Assembly: GCA_049319825.1 (NCBI GenBank)
Contig: JBMORT010000006.1
Coordinates: 235,641-299,640 of the forward strand
Source of the DNA: Patescibacteria group bacterium
GTDB lineage: Bacteria; Patescibacteriota; Patescibacteriia; UBA11705; DATKZF01
Direction of reading: 5' to 3'
DNA length: 64,000 nt
Shown piece by piece: positions 29,984-38,867 of this stretch (positions are counted from its first letter, which is position 1; every line of letters begins with the position of its first letter). The position numbers and the translations under genes were made by a program. The notes beneath the pieces are model-generated. The model did not search any database. It was not told the origin of the DNA and saw only the letters and a list, made by a program, of their open reading frames with translations.

Positions 29984-32900
29984 ATGAAAAAGCGAAATAA
30001 CACATTATCTTTGGTGTCAAAGATAATCAGCATCGCCTCCATTTGCGGACTGTTGGCTGTGCCGTATTTGGCCGATGCTTCCAACTTCGCCGATTTCGGC
30101 GGACCGGGCGCTCCGGCCATCACTGTCGGCCCGAGTTCTACCAATGTTGTGACTATGGCCGTTACCATTCCGGATGCCTGGAATGGCGGCGCGTTCACCG
30201 CGGATATTGCTAAAAAAGCGGGCGCCAATTCATTTTGGCAAGGAGACTCTTTGAATTCTATCCCGGCATTGGGGACGACATCCGGCGTCGGTTATAAAGA
30301 AGATGGCACCGGCGGCTTTCAGGGCACAGAGCCGGTAGTCCGTGATTTGGACGCGGATAGCGCATATACTTCAGCCGCCGACACCACTATCGCCGGTGTG
30401 CCGCCAGCCGCGGGCACGACCATCACCACCACCAAAGACGCGGACTGGACTTCAGTTTATTTTTACGATGCTGTTGGCGGCGGCGCCTGGAGTGCCGCGG
30501 CTGACTTGATTTTCAATGACGACGGCAATGTTTACTATGATATCGGACCCGATACTCTTGAAGCCGGCACCGGCGCGGAAAATACTTTAGGCACGCTGAC
30601 CGAGCCGGCAAACTGGGGGCTGTACTATTATGACGCGGTAAACGGCAATGTTTATAACGGCGGCCTAGACTGGATCGGTCGAGATGACGATGCCGATCAG
30701 GTTTACACTTCGGCCGCGGACGTAATCTACATTGATCAGGCAGATTTACCTCTTGCGGGCAATACATATTATGACGTAGTCGCCGCCGATCAAGTGTGCT
30801 CGGATAACAGCGATTTGGCCGCGGCTTCCTGCGTCTATACGGATTCGGGCGGCGATTGCGACGCTACCGACGGCGATACCCACACTTATTATATGGGAGC
30901 GGCTTGCGGCACCGCGACCGATACCTTAATCGTCACCGGCGACAACTGGATGACCACTGATGATACCATTGATAACACTACCGATTTTATTAAAGAAAAT
31001 GTCGCCGAAGAACTGACCTATTCCGCGGCCGCGGACGCCACCATTGACGGCGTGGCGCCGGTCGCGGGGACAGCCATAGTGAACGCCAAGGATGCTGATT
31101 GGACATTGCTTTATTTTTATGACGCGGTGGCCGGCGGCGGCTGGAATGCCGGCACAGACTTGATTTTTAATGACAGCGGATTTGTGTATTATGATATCGG
31201 CCTTGATACTTATATCGCTGGCAATTCGGTGGAAAATCAGCTTGGCAATATCAATGAGCCGGCAAATTGGAATTTGTTTTACTATGACGCCGTTAATCTT
31301 GACGCTTGGAATAACGCCGCTGACTGGTTGGGAACCGATGACGGCGGATCCGGAACTTTCTCCACCAGCGCGGATGTCGATGTTTATAGCACCGGCGGTT
31401 TATCGAACGCCGACGCGCTGGCGAATTTCGCCGCTGATTGCGATGGCGGCGGTGCGGGCACCCAAGCTTGCGCTTATACCGGCAGCGCTCCGATAGACGC
31501 GGGTGATTCGATTTTGGTGGATCAGGGAACGGCCGCTGGCGCGGCGCCGAACGCGGTCGTTGACAAGCAAGCTGACCAGTTGATCGGTATCGGGGTCACC
31601 AACGCGCTGGGCAACGCCGTTAATCCAACTGATATCGGTAGCGTGTATATTTTCAGAGACGGACCGTCCGCCGGCTGGACCGGTGATGAGGTATTATTGG
31701 GTGCGATGACGCGTCATTCTGTCAATCAAAACGAATGGCGGCTCGATATATCGGCAACGCCTCAAGCGGTGAGCGCCGGCGGCTTATCGATATTCGTCAC
31801 CGCCGACATAACCGCCACTCCCACCCATGGACGAACTTTGCAGTTCGCCATCCCGATATATAACGATACGGGCGCAGACAATATCGCCAATTCAGACGGT
31901 GATTTGGGAGTCTTTATGTCTTCAAATAACGACGGTCCGCTCGATGCGGGCATTGCCAATGGCGCGGCCCAGACAATAGACGCGCTACCGCCGACGCTTC
32001 AGAGCTTTACTTCAACTACGGTCGATGGCACTTACGGACCCGGTTCAAACATCAATGTCACCGCCACTTACAATGAAAATATTGCCGGCGGCAGTTTGAT
32101 GACGGTTACTTTGGATAATGGCGTCAATGTGACTTTGAATAATATCGTGGGCTCGACCATTTCCGGAACCTACACGGTTGGCGTTACCGGCAGCGGCGAA
32201 GATTCGGCCGATTTGACCGTAGCCAGCATTCTTTCGGAAAGCGTGGCCGATTCTTATGGAAACATTCAAGGAAGTTCAGCTGTTCCCGGCTCTCCGAACA
32301 ATATAGCCGACACGAGTGCGATCGTTATTGATACCACCGCTCCGACGATTACCGAGGTGACGCCGGTGCCGACCCCCACCAATAATCAGAATCCTTCCTA
32401 TACTTTAAATACCGATGAAGCGATCGGGTTGTCTTGGGCCGGCGGTTGCGACAGTGTCACCGGTGCTGTCGGCACCGGCAATCAAACGGTAACCCTTGAC
32501 GCCGACGGCGCCGGCGCTGTGTTGCCAGCAGCAACTTATAATTGCACCTTGACCGGCACTGATGGCGCGGGCAATGCTGGAAATTTGATTATGTCCGCTT
32601 TTACTGTGGATATTACCGCTCCTTCCATAACCGCCGCTCAGCTGGAGGACACCGATAATGACGGGTATGCCGACCGAATCGGCTTAACGTGGGATGAGGC
32701 ATTGTTTGATACCGCATCGGCGGCTAACGGCTTTGATGTGACTTCCGCATCTGATCATGGTTCGTGCGTCGGCGAATCGGCTGATCCGGACGGCACGAAT
32801 TCAGTGGATGTTGATTTTACTTGTTCAATTCCTTATACCGATGTTGGGGATATGAATTTGTCATTGACTCAAAATGCCGGGGTTCGAGACGCGGCCGGCA

Positions 32901-34216
32901 ATCAATCGCTTACGACCGTGCTGACTGCCATTTCAGCGCCGGCGATTATTGACGCGGCGGATCCGGTGATTTTAACAACGTCACCGGCCAATTCGGCCAG
33001 CGGCGTGGGCATTGCCCAAGATGTGGTGGTAACATTTAGTGAGCCCATGAATACCGGTACCGTGACCCAGACTTCAGTTCCTGATCCCACCGGCTGGTCC
33101 GTCGTTTGGACCTCGGGCAATACGGTGGCCACTTACAGCCATGCAGTAAACTTCAATTCCAGCACAGCCTATACCGAGCAAATTACCGCCGGACAAGATA
33201 CCAACGGACGAAATTTGGCTGCCGGACCGGTGGCCAATCCTTGGACGTTTACGACCGGAGCTCCCAGTGGTGGCGGTGGCGGTGGTACTGTTTCTCCGAT
33301 AAATTATTCCCTCTTGATTAATAATGGCAGCGCACAAACTAATTCATCAATCGTGACCTTAAAGTTATCGGCAGAAAACGCCGCCTATATGTTGATTTCA
33401 GAAGATCCTGATTTTACCGATGCCAATTGGCAAGCATACGCGACGACCAAGACATTTACGCTCAGCAGCGGTTACGGCACCAAGAACGTATACGCCAAAT
33501 TCAAATCTTCAACCAATAATCAGTCAAGCCGAGTTTCGGATTCAATACAATACGTGGAAACAATAACGGAGGAACCGGTAGAGGAACCGACACCCGAGCC
33601 TTCGGAGGGTGAATATCCTTCCGGATTGGTTGCCGGAGATTTGGTTAAAACCTCTGATTCTTCGTCTGTTTATGTGCTTGGCGCCGATTCCAAGCGGCAT
33701 GCTTTCCCCAATGAGGACGTATATTTCAGCTGGTACGCAGACTTTTCACAGGTTAAAGTCATTTCCAGCAGCGTATTGGCTTCGATTCCTTTGGGTAAAA
33801 ACGCAACCATGCGCCCGGGCACTTGGCTGATAAAGGTGAAATCATTGCCGAATGTTTACGCGGTTGAGCCGGGCGGAGTGATCCGTTGGATTGAAAATCA
33901 GGGGCTGGCAGAAGAGTTGTACGGCAGCACTTGGAACGAAATGATCAAAGATGTCAGTGACGCTTTCTGGTCAAATTACACTCCGAATGGCAGTATCAGC
34001 GAAGTTATTCATCCCACCGGCGCGGTTATTCAGTATAATGGCCAAACCGCCATATATTTCATCGAAAACGGCGCTACTCGGTATTTGACGGCAGACGCCT
34101 TTGCCGCCGGGGGGTTCAGGCATATGTTCACGATAAAGAATGTTTCCGGCTCGATCAGTTATCCGGCTGGTGGAGATTATGCTGTCAGCAGCACGATCAA
34201 GATCATGGGATTATAG
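29984..34216 (+). CDS. Very large secreted adhesin-like surface protein (1410 aa) with Asp/Gly-rich internal duplication, Ig-like domains and the C-terminal shared module
   Basis: Signal peptide; D..AP Ig-domain junctions; VVVTFSEPMN; RHAFPNE...RPGTWLIK. Confidence 0.82.
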   Translation: MKKRNNTLSLVSKIISIASICGLLAVPYLADASNFADFGGPGAPAITVGPSSTNVVTMAVTIPDAWNGGAFTADIAKKAGANSFWQGDSLNSIPALGTTSGVGYKEDGTGGFQGTEPVVRDLDADSAYTSAADTTIAGVPPAAGTTITTTKDADWTSVYFYDAVGGGAWSAAADLIFNDDGNVYYDIGPDTLEAGTGAENTLGTLTEPANWGLYYYDAVNGNVYNGGLDWIGRDDDADQVYTSAADVIYIDQADLPLAGNTYYDVVAADQVCSDNSDLAAASCVYTDSGGDCDATDGDTHTYYMGAACGTATDTLIVTGDNWMTTDDTIDNTTDFIKENVAEELTYSAAADATIDGVAPVAGTAIVNAKDADWTLLYFYDAVAGGGWNAGTDLIFNDSGFVYYDIGLDTYIAGNSVENQLGNINEPANWNLFYYDAVNLDAWNNAADWLGTDDGGSGTFSTSADVDVYSTGGLSNADALANFAADCDGGGAGTQACAYTGSAPIDAGDSILVDQGTAAGAAPNAVVDKQADQLIGIGVTNALGNAVNPTDIGSVYIFRDGPSAGWTGDEVLLGAMTRHSVNQNEWRLDISATPQAVSAGGLSIFVTADITATPTHGRTLQFAIPIYNDTGADNIANSDGDLGVFMSSNNDGPLDAGIANGAAQTIDALPPTLQSFTSTTVDGTYGPGSNINVTATYNENIAGGSLMTVTLDNGVNVTLNNIVGSTISGTYTVGVTGSGEDSADLTVASILSESVADSYGNIQGSSAVPGSPNNIADTSAIVIDTTAPTITEVTPVPTPTNNQNPSYTLNTDEAIGLSWAGGCDSVTGAVGTGNQTVTLDADGAGAVLPAATYNCTLTGTDGAGNAGNLIMSAFTVDITAPSITAAQLEDTDNDGYADRIGLTWDEALFDTASAANGFDVTSASDHGSCVGESADPDGTNSVDVDFTCSIPYTDVGDMNLSLTQNAGVRDAAGNQSLTTVLTAISAPAIIDAADPVILTTSPANSASGVGIAQDVVVTFSEPMNTGTVTQTSVPDPTGWSVVWTSGNTVATYSHAVNFNSSTAYTEQITAGQDTNGRNLAAGPVANPWTFTTGAPSGGGGGGTVSPINYSLLINNGSAQTNSSIVTLKLSAENAAYMLISEDPDFTDANWQAYATTKTFTLSSGYGTKNVYAKFKSSTNNQSSRVSDSIQYVETITEEPVEEPTPEPSEGEYPSGLVAGDLVKTSDSSSVYVLGADSKRHAFPNEDVYFSWYADFSQVKVISSSVLASIPLGKNATMRPGTWLIKVKSLPNVYAVEPGGVIRWIENQGLAEELYGSTWNEMIKDVSDAFWSNYTPNGSISEVIHPTGAVIQYNGQTAIYFIENGATRYLTADAFAAGGFRHMFTIKNVSGSISYPAGGDYAVSSTIKIMGL

Positions 34217-34229
34217 AGTTAATATAATA

Positions 34230-34257
34230 AAAAAGGGCTTTGGCGAGTCCTTTTTTA
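34230..34257 (+). terminator. Intrinsic terminator
   Basis: AAAAAGGGCTT-tggc-GAGTCCTTTTTT. Confidence 0.7.
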
Positions 34258-34267
34258 TTTCAAGTTT

Positions 34268-34309
34268 TGTGGATAAATTGTTTACAATTATTGAAAATAA
34301 TTGTATAAT
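34268..34309 (+). promoter_or_regulatory. DnaA box plus sigma70 promoter with a 10-3-10 operator
   Basis: TGTGGATAA 34268-76; TTTACA-N17-TATAAT; TACAATTATT-gaa-AATAATTGTA 34283-34305. Confidence 0.65.
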
Positions 34310-34335
34310 AATAAATGATTTTTTAAAAAAAATAT

Positions 34336-36756
34336 ATGAAATTGAAAATTTTCTCAATGTTTTTAATTTGTTTTGTCGTCGTTGGTGCTTGCGCCGTTTT
34401 CAGCGTGATGCCAGCGACCGCGACAACCGCTGATTTTTTCGAAGTACGATTTGATTCAACAACATTAATGAACAATGATTGGATTTATGTTAAATTCAAT
34501 CAGCATGTTTGGGGAGCTGGGGGAGTGTCATTAAAGCCAAGCGATTTTATCTACACCGATGGCAATGGCGCGGGCATGAGCGCGATCAAATCCGTCGTCG
34601 TTCATAATCCCGGTGACGATTACGCCATATTGGAAATGAATGCCGCCGCTGTCGCTGGAGACACGGCCGATACATTAGAAGCTGATTTTGGCAAAATCTG
34701 GACAGTATCCGGCGGAGCATTGCCCGGCAAAACTCCAGTATCCTTAGTTGACAATAACGGAGCGGGCCCCACTTTATATGCCTATACTGGAACCGGAGCC
34801 GGCGCGGTCGCTCAAATCGGAGCGAGTAATATGATGGTTGAGTTTATGAGCACAACTCTCGGTGCCGGCGGTAACGCATTGCCTACGCCGATATTCTCCT
34901 CGGCTATTTTTCCGCCATATATTGGGCCGTTAAACTCATCCAATTTTACATATACCAATAATGGGGGCGGCGGGGTCGGACAAGGCATCTCTTCGATCAT
35001 TCATTTTAATTTTGGTGACAGCCGTGTTTACCTGAAAATGAATTTAGCGGTTACCGGTGAAATTGGCACTGATTCACTAGATTGCAACGCAACTGCTTTT
35101 GATATGTGGGGAAATCCCTGCGTCGCCACGCCACCGGCGCTGATTCAGGCGGATGGTGGAGCGCCAACGCTGAGCACCGTTGAAACAACGGAAGGGGTCG
35201 GAACCGGGGAGATGGTCTTTATTGATCCGGCGAGAAATGCGCCCGAGCCGATTTTTGGCAACGCTGGCTTTTCCATGCCAATAACCGCAGCGGAGTTAAC
35301 TTATAAAGATAACAATCCAGGCGGTGCCACCTCATTGATCAGTGTCACCCATGCCGTTGGCAATGATTACGCGATCATGAATTTCGACAGATTCGTCGCC
35401 TCAACCGATTTTTCGGTGGATAATATCAGTTCAACCATCACTCCAGGCGTGGATTTATTCAATAATTCAATAATTGGTTCTGCCGTGCTGGCCGACACGA
35501 TCGATCCGGTGATTATCAGTTATTCACCAACAGATAACGCCACCAACGTGTCGATTGATTCACCGTTAGTTGTCGATTTCAGCGAACCGATCAACACCGG
35601 ATCATTAACCGGCACGATTTCGCCTGATCCTGGTAATTGGGTTAACAATTGGAGCAATGGCGACAAAAGAGTCAGCATGACGCATGATCAATATCTTTAT
35701 TTCACACAGTACGTGATTACCAACGGCACAGTTGATGATACCGCCGGTAACTCCATGGGCGGATTTAACGGCTGGGATTTTACCACCAGCAAACGTTCTT
35801 CTGGCGGTTCACTTTACCCAACCAATTATTCGCTTAGAATTAATAATGATGATGTCACCACGAACTCTTTGAACGTATCCCTGGACATTAATGCGGAGAA
35901 TGCCGATAAAATGATGATTTCCAATTATTCGAATTTCATTGATTCCGATTGGGAGGATTTTGACACCGGTAAACTCTGGACGTTGCTTGAAGGCGCCGGC
36001 ACTAAGACCGTCTATATGTTATTCAAAAATTTGAATGGCAATCAATCGATTGTTGTTTCGGATACCATTGAATACGCCGCAGCTGATGACGCGACCACAT
36101 CGAATGTCGATGATGAATCGGATCAAGCCGAGCCAGCCGAGACAATAATGTTTCCTGATGGATTAACGGCGGGAGAATTGGTAAAAGTGATGAACACCTC
36201 GGCTGTTTATTTGCTCGGAGCGGATGGCGATAGACACGCATTTCCCAATGAAGATGTGTACATGAGTTGGTTTGATGATTTTTCCTCGGTAAAAGTGGTT
36301 TCCAACAGCACCCTGGCAAAGATCGCTTTGGGAAAAAATATTACCATGCGTCCGGGAACATGGTTGATAAAAATTAAATCATTGCCAAATGTGTATGCGG
36401 TTGAACCCGGTGGTTTGATTGAATGGATTGAATCGGAGGATTTAGCCGAAGATTTATACGGCAGCGGCTGGAATATAAGGATTAAGGATTTAAGCGATGC
36501 GTTTTGGCCCGATTACAAAAAGAACGGATCAATTACCGATCCGGTCCATCCCTGCGGCACATTGATTCGATACGCGGGAGAAAACAATGTTTATTACATA
36601 GATGCGGACGCTAAGCGATTTATTTCACCGTCGATATTCCAGGCCAATGGATTCAAAGAATCATTCATCGTCGATAATGTGCCCAGCTCGTTTGTGTATT
36701 CGGCCGGCGATGATTTGTCTATCAGCGGCATGACCGCCATGATGTTTGCTCAATAA
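34336..36756 (+). CDS. Secreted surface protein with an Ig-like domain and the C-terminal shared module
   Basis: Signal peptide; three repeats around F/L-x-Y-x-D/N-x-N-x-x-G; VVDFSEPIN; C-terminus paralogous to that of 29984-34216. Confidence 0.82.
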   Translation: MKLKIFSMFLICFVVVGACAVFSVMPATATTADFFEVRFDSTTLMNNDWIYVKFNQHVWGAGGVSLKPSDFIYTDGNGAGMSAIKSVVVHNPGDDYAILEMNAAAVAGDTADTLEADFGKIWTVSGGALPGKTPVSLVDNNGAGPTLYAYTGTGAGAVAQIGASNMMVEFMSTTLGAGGNALPTPIFSSAIFPPYIGPLNSSNFTYTNNGGGGVGQGISSIIHFNFGDSRVYLKMNLAVTGEIGTDSLDCNATAFDMWGNPCVATPPALIQADGGAPTLSTVETTEGVGTGEMVFIDPARNAPEPIFGNAGFSMPITAAELTYKDNNPGGATSLISVTHAVGNDYAIMNFDRFVASTDFSVDNISSTITPGVDLFNNSIIGSAVLADTIDPVIISYSPTDNATNVSIDSPLVVDFSEPINTGSLTGTISPDPGNWVNNWSNGDKRVSMTHDQYLYFTQYVITNGTVDDTAGNSMGGFNGWDFTTSKRSSGGSLYPTNYSLRINNDDVTTNSLNVSLDINAENADKMMISNYSNFIDSDWEDFDTGKLWTLLEGAGTKTVYMLFKNLNGNQSIVVSDTIEYAAADDATTSNVDDESDQAEPAETIMFPDGLTAGELVKVMNTSAVYLLGADGDRHAFPNEDVYMSWFDDFSSVKVVSNSTLAKIALGKNITMRPGTWLIKIKSLPNVYAVEPGGLIEWIESEDLAEDLYGSGWNIRIKDLSDAFWPDYKKNGSITDPVHPCGTLIRYAGENNVYYIDADAKRFISPSIFQANGFKESFIVDNVPSSFVYSAGDDLSISGMTAMMFAQ

Positions 36757-36772
36757 AAATAAAATTTATGAA

Positions 36773-36800
36773 CGCCCTCGGTTTCCGGGGGCTTTTTTTT
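36773..36800 (+). terminator. Intrinsic terminator
   Basis: GCCCTCGG-ttt-CCGGGGGC followed by a T-run. Confidence 0.8.
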
Positions 36801-36884
36801 ATAACTTAAATATGGTTAAATAGTAAAATACAGCCGTTAGAAAGAATTTTTGTCTAAAATTGTATTAAAAAATAGAATAATGAC

Positions 36885-37439
36885 ATGGATTATTCCAATC
36901 TTGACGACATCAGTATTGTCGAAATCACAATAAAAAACGATAAAAATGCTTTTGCGGTGCTAATTTCCAGATATCAGGGTAAATTGTTTTCCTATATTTT
37001 AAGGTTGATAAATCATCGCGAGGAGTCTGCGGATGTTCTGCAAGAGGTGTTTTTAAAGGCTTACAAAAGTTTAAAAAGTTTTAATTCCAAAAAAAGTTTT
37101 TCCAGCTGGATATATCGAATCGCTCACAATGAATCGGTCAATTGGCTGAAAAAAAACACCAAATATAAAAAGCAATCGCTTGATGATGAAAACAATCCAA
37201 TTGACGTGTCGGACAGTCATGATCTTTCGGCGGCGTCAATAATCAACGAAGAAAGGGTTGAATTGATTAAATCGCTGGCTAAATTGCCAATCAAATATAA
37301 GGAAGTGCTGGTGTTGCGGTTTGTTGAGGAAAAATCATATGAAGAAATTTCTCAAATTATCAGCAAGTCGGTCAATGCCGTCGGCATTATGATCAATCGC
37401 GCGAAAAAAATGTTGGCGGAAATTCATAAAATTGATTAA
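36885..37439 (+). CDS. ECF RNA polymerase sigma factor (second)
   Basis: AFAVLISRY, DVLQEVFLKAY, FSSWIYRIAHN, KEVLVLRF.EEKSYEEIS; TTGTCT-N17-TAGAAT 6 nt upstream. Confidence 0.93.
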   Translation: MDYSNLDDISIVEITIKNDKNAFAVLISRYQGKLFSYILRLINHREESADVLQEVFLKAYKSLKSFNSKKSFSSWIYRIAHNESVNWLKKNTKYKKQSLDDENNPIDVSDSHDLSAASIINEERVELIKSLAKLPIKYKEVLVLRFVEEKSYEEISQIISKSVNAVGIMINRAKKMLAEIHKID

Positions 37440-37447
37440 ATGCAAGT

Positions 37448-38389
37448 ATGAACAATTGGGAAAAAAAATTAGGCGGTTTGCGACAGGATTTTAACGTTGA
37501 GGTTCAAGCTCGGGTAATGGAAAAAATAAGCAATGTTAAAATGACGCCGAAAATATATTTTCAATCAAAAAAGACATTGATGATTTTATTGTTTTTGTCG
37601 TTATTATTAGCTGTCGTGTTTATAATCAATTTGGCTTTATACGATGTTCAGCAAAGCGCCAGCTATGAATACATTAATTTTGGCGCATCCGGTATCGGCG
37701 TCTTTTTGCGCAATTTGCCTTATCTGCTACTGTTTAGCATGCTTGTTTTTCTGGCATTGTCCATCTGGATGATGTCCAAGTTTGAATTGTCTTATAAAAA
37801 ATATTTCGCTGTTTTCATTGTAGTTATCGTGGCCGGAACATCCATGGGCGGCACCGCGCTGTTTGCCTCCGGTTTCAACGATCAAATGCGAAATAAAGTT
37901 GATAATCAGGAATTGACAATGCCGCTGGTGCGGCCGGTCGCCCGTAAGCTTTATAATACATACGGACCGAGAATGATCGATCGCAGCTTGGTCGGCAGGG
38001 TCGCGGTGCCGCCCGGAGAATCGAGGGAAATGCTGGTGATAACGCCTCAGGGACAGCAGGTGACGGTGAAAATACAAAAAAATTGTAAAATAGTATCGGC
38101 GCAAGGAACAGTCGCTTCCGGCGACATGTTGATTATAATGGGTGAGCCGGTCGTTAATTTTCATGCCAGCGGCATTAAAGTTATCGAAGATCAGCGGCGC
38201 GCCATCGATATGATGAAAACGCTCAGCCGCCGGCAGCTGATGGTAAAATTCAGGAAACCAGAACCGCTCAACGACGCGATTGAGTTCCCTTTTGATCCGG
38301 AAAAAAAGATTAAATTTATGGAAAACATGGGCGGAGTGCTGCAATCGGGCAGCCAGGTTAAGACGGCGAATATTATTTGGGGCGATTGA
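37448..38389 (+). CDS. Putative anti-sigma membrane protein (3 TM segments plus a small beta domain)
   Basis: Directly follows the ECF sigma; three hydrophobic segments. Confidence 0.7.
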   Translation: MNNWEKKLGGLRQDFNVEVQARVMEKISNVKMTPKIYFQSKKTLMILLFLSLLLAVVFIINLALYDVQQSASYEYINFGASGIGVFLRNLPYLLLFSMLVFLALSIWMMSKFELSYKKYFAVFIVVIVAGTSMGGTALFASGFNDQMRNKVDNQELTMPLVRPVARKLYNTYGPRMIDRSLVGRVAVPPGESREMLVITPQGQQVTVKIQKNCKIVSAQGTVASGDMLIIMGEPVVNFHASGIKVIEDQRRAIDMMKTLSRRQLMVKFRKPEPLNDAIEFPFDPEKKIKFMENMGGVLQSGSQVKTANIIWGD

Positions 38390-38409
38390 AATAAAAGAAA
38401 AAGCGATAT

Positions 38410-38452
38410 TTAGGCAGTGGGCGAGTGATACGTTATAATTGCCTGCTGCCTT
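38410..38452. repeat. Imperfect hairpin related to 28046-28120
   Basis: AGGCAGTGGGCGA ... TTGCCTGCTGCCT. Confidence 0.6.
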
Positions 38453-38502
38453 TTATTTTTAATTTTTCATTTTTCCTTGGTAATTAATAAATTTGTCCAC
38501 AG

Positions 38503-38522
38503 CTGTCGAGCGCGCTCGACAG
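38503..38522. repeat. Perfect 20-bp GC-rich palindrome (REP-like)
   Basis: CTGTCGAGCGCGCTCGACAG equals its own reverse complement. Confidence 0.85.
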
Positions 38523-38634
38523 AAATCGCGACAGCTTGATTTGATCTTGTGAAAACTGCTGATATAAAGCGGTTTTTTGTTCGCTTTGCCCGACAAAAAA
38601 GTCTATTCAAATCTGTTCAAACAAGAGACAATAT

Positions 38635-38845
38635 GGGTGAGGGGTTCCCGAAGAAGCGCGCGAAATATTTCGCACTCAAGCGCTTCTCGGGAACAAAATC
38701 AAGAGCCAAGATCAATAATGATGGCTAGAAATTGATGAAGGCAACGCTATATCCCCAAGCAAAGGTAAAGATACCAAGCCGAAATAAAGATCATACCAAC
38801 AAATTCGCGTTTTCTATCTGTAAACATTGCCTGCGCAGGCATACA
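38635..38845 (+). ncRNA. Candidate structured leader/ncRNA upstream of the RAYT-like gene
   Basis: Long stem GTTCCCG-a-AGAAGCGC-GCGAAA / TTTCGC-actcaa-GCGCTTCT-CGGGAAC (38644-94); palindrome TGCCTGCGCAGGCA (38828-41); no ORF; family unknown. Confidence 0.35.
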
Positions 38846-38867
38846 TTAAAAAATAACTAAAACTTTT

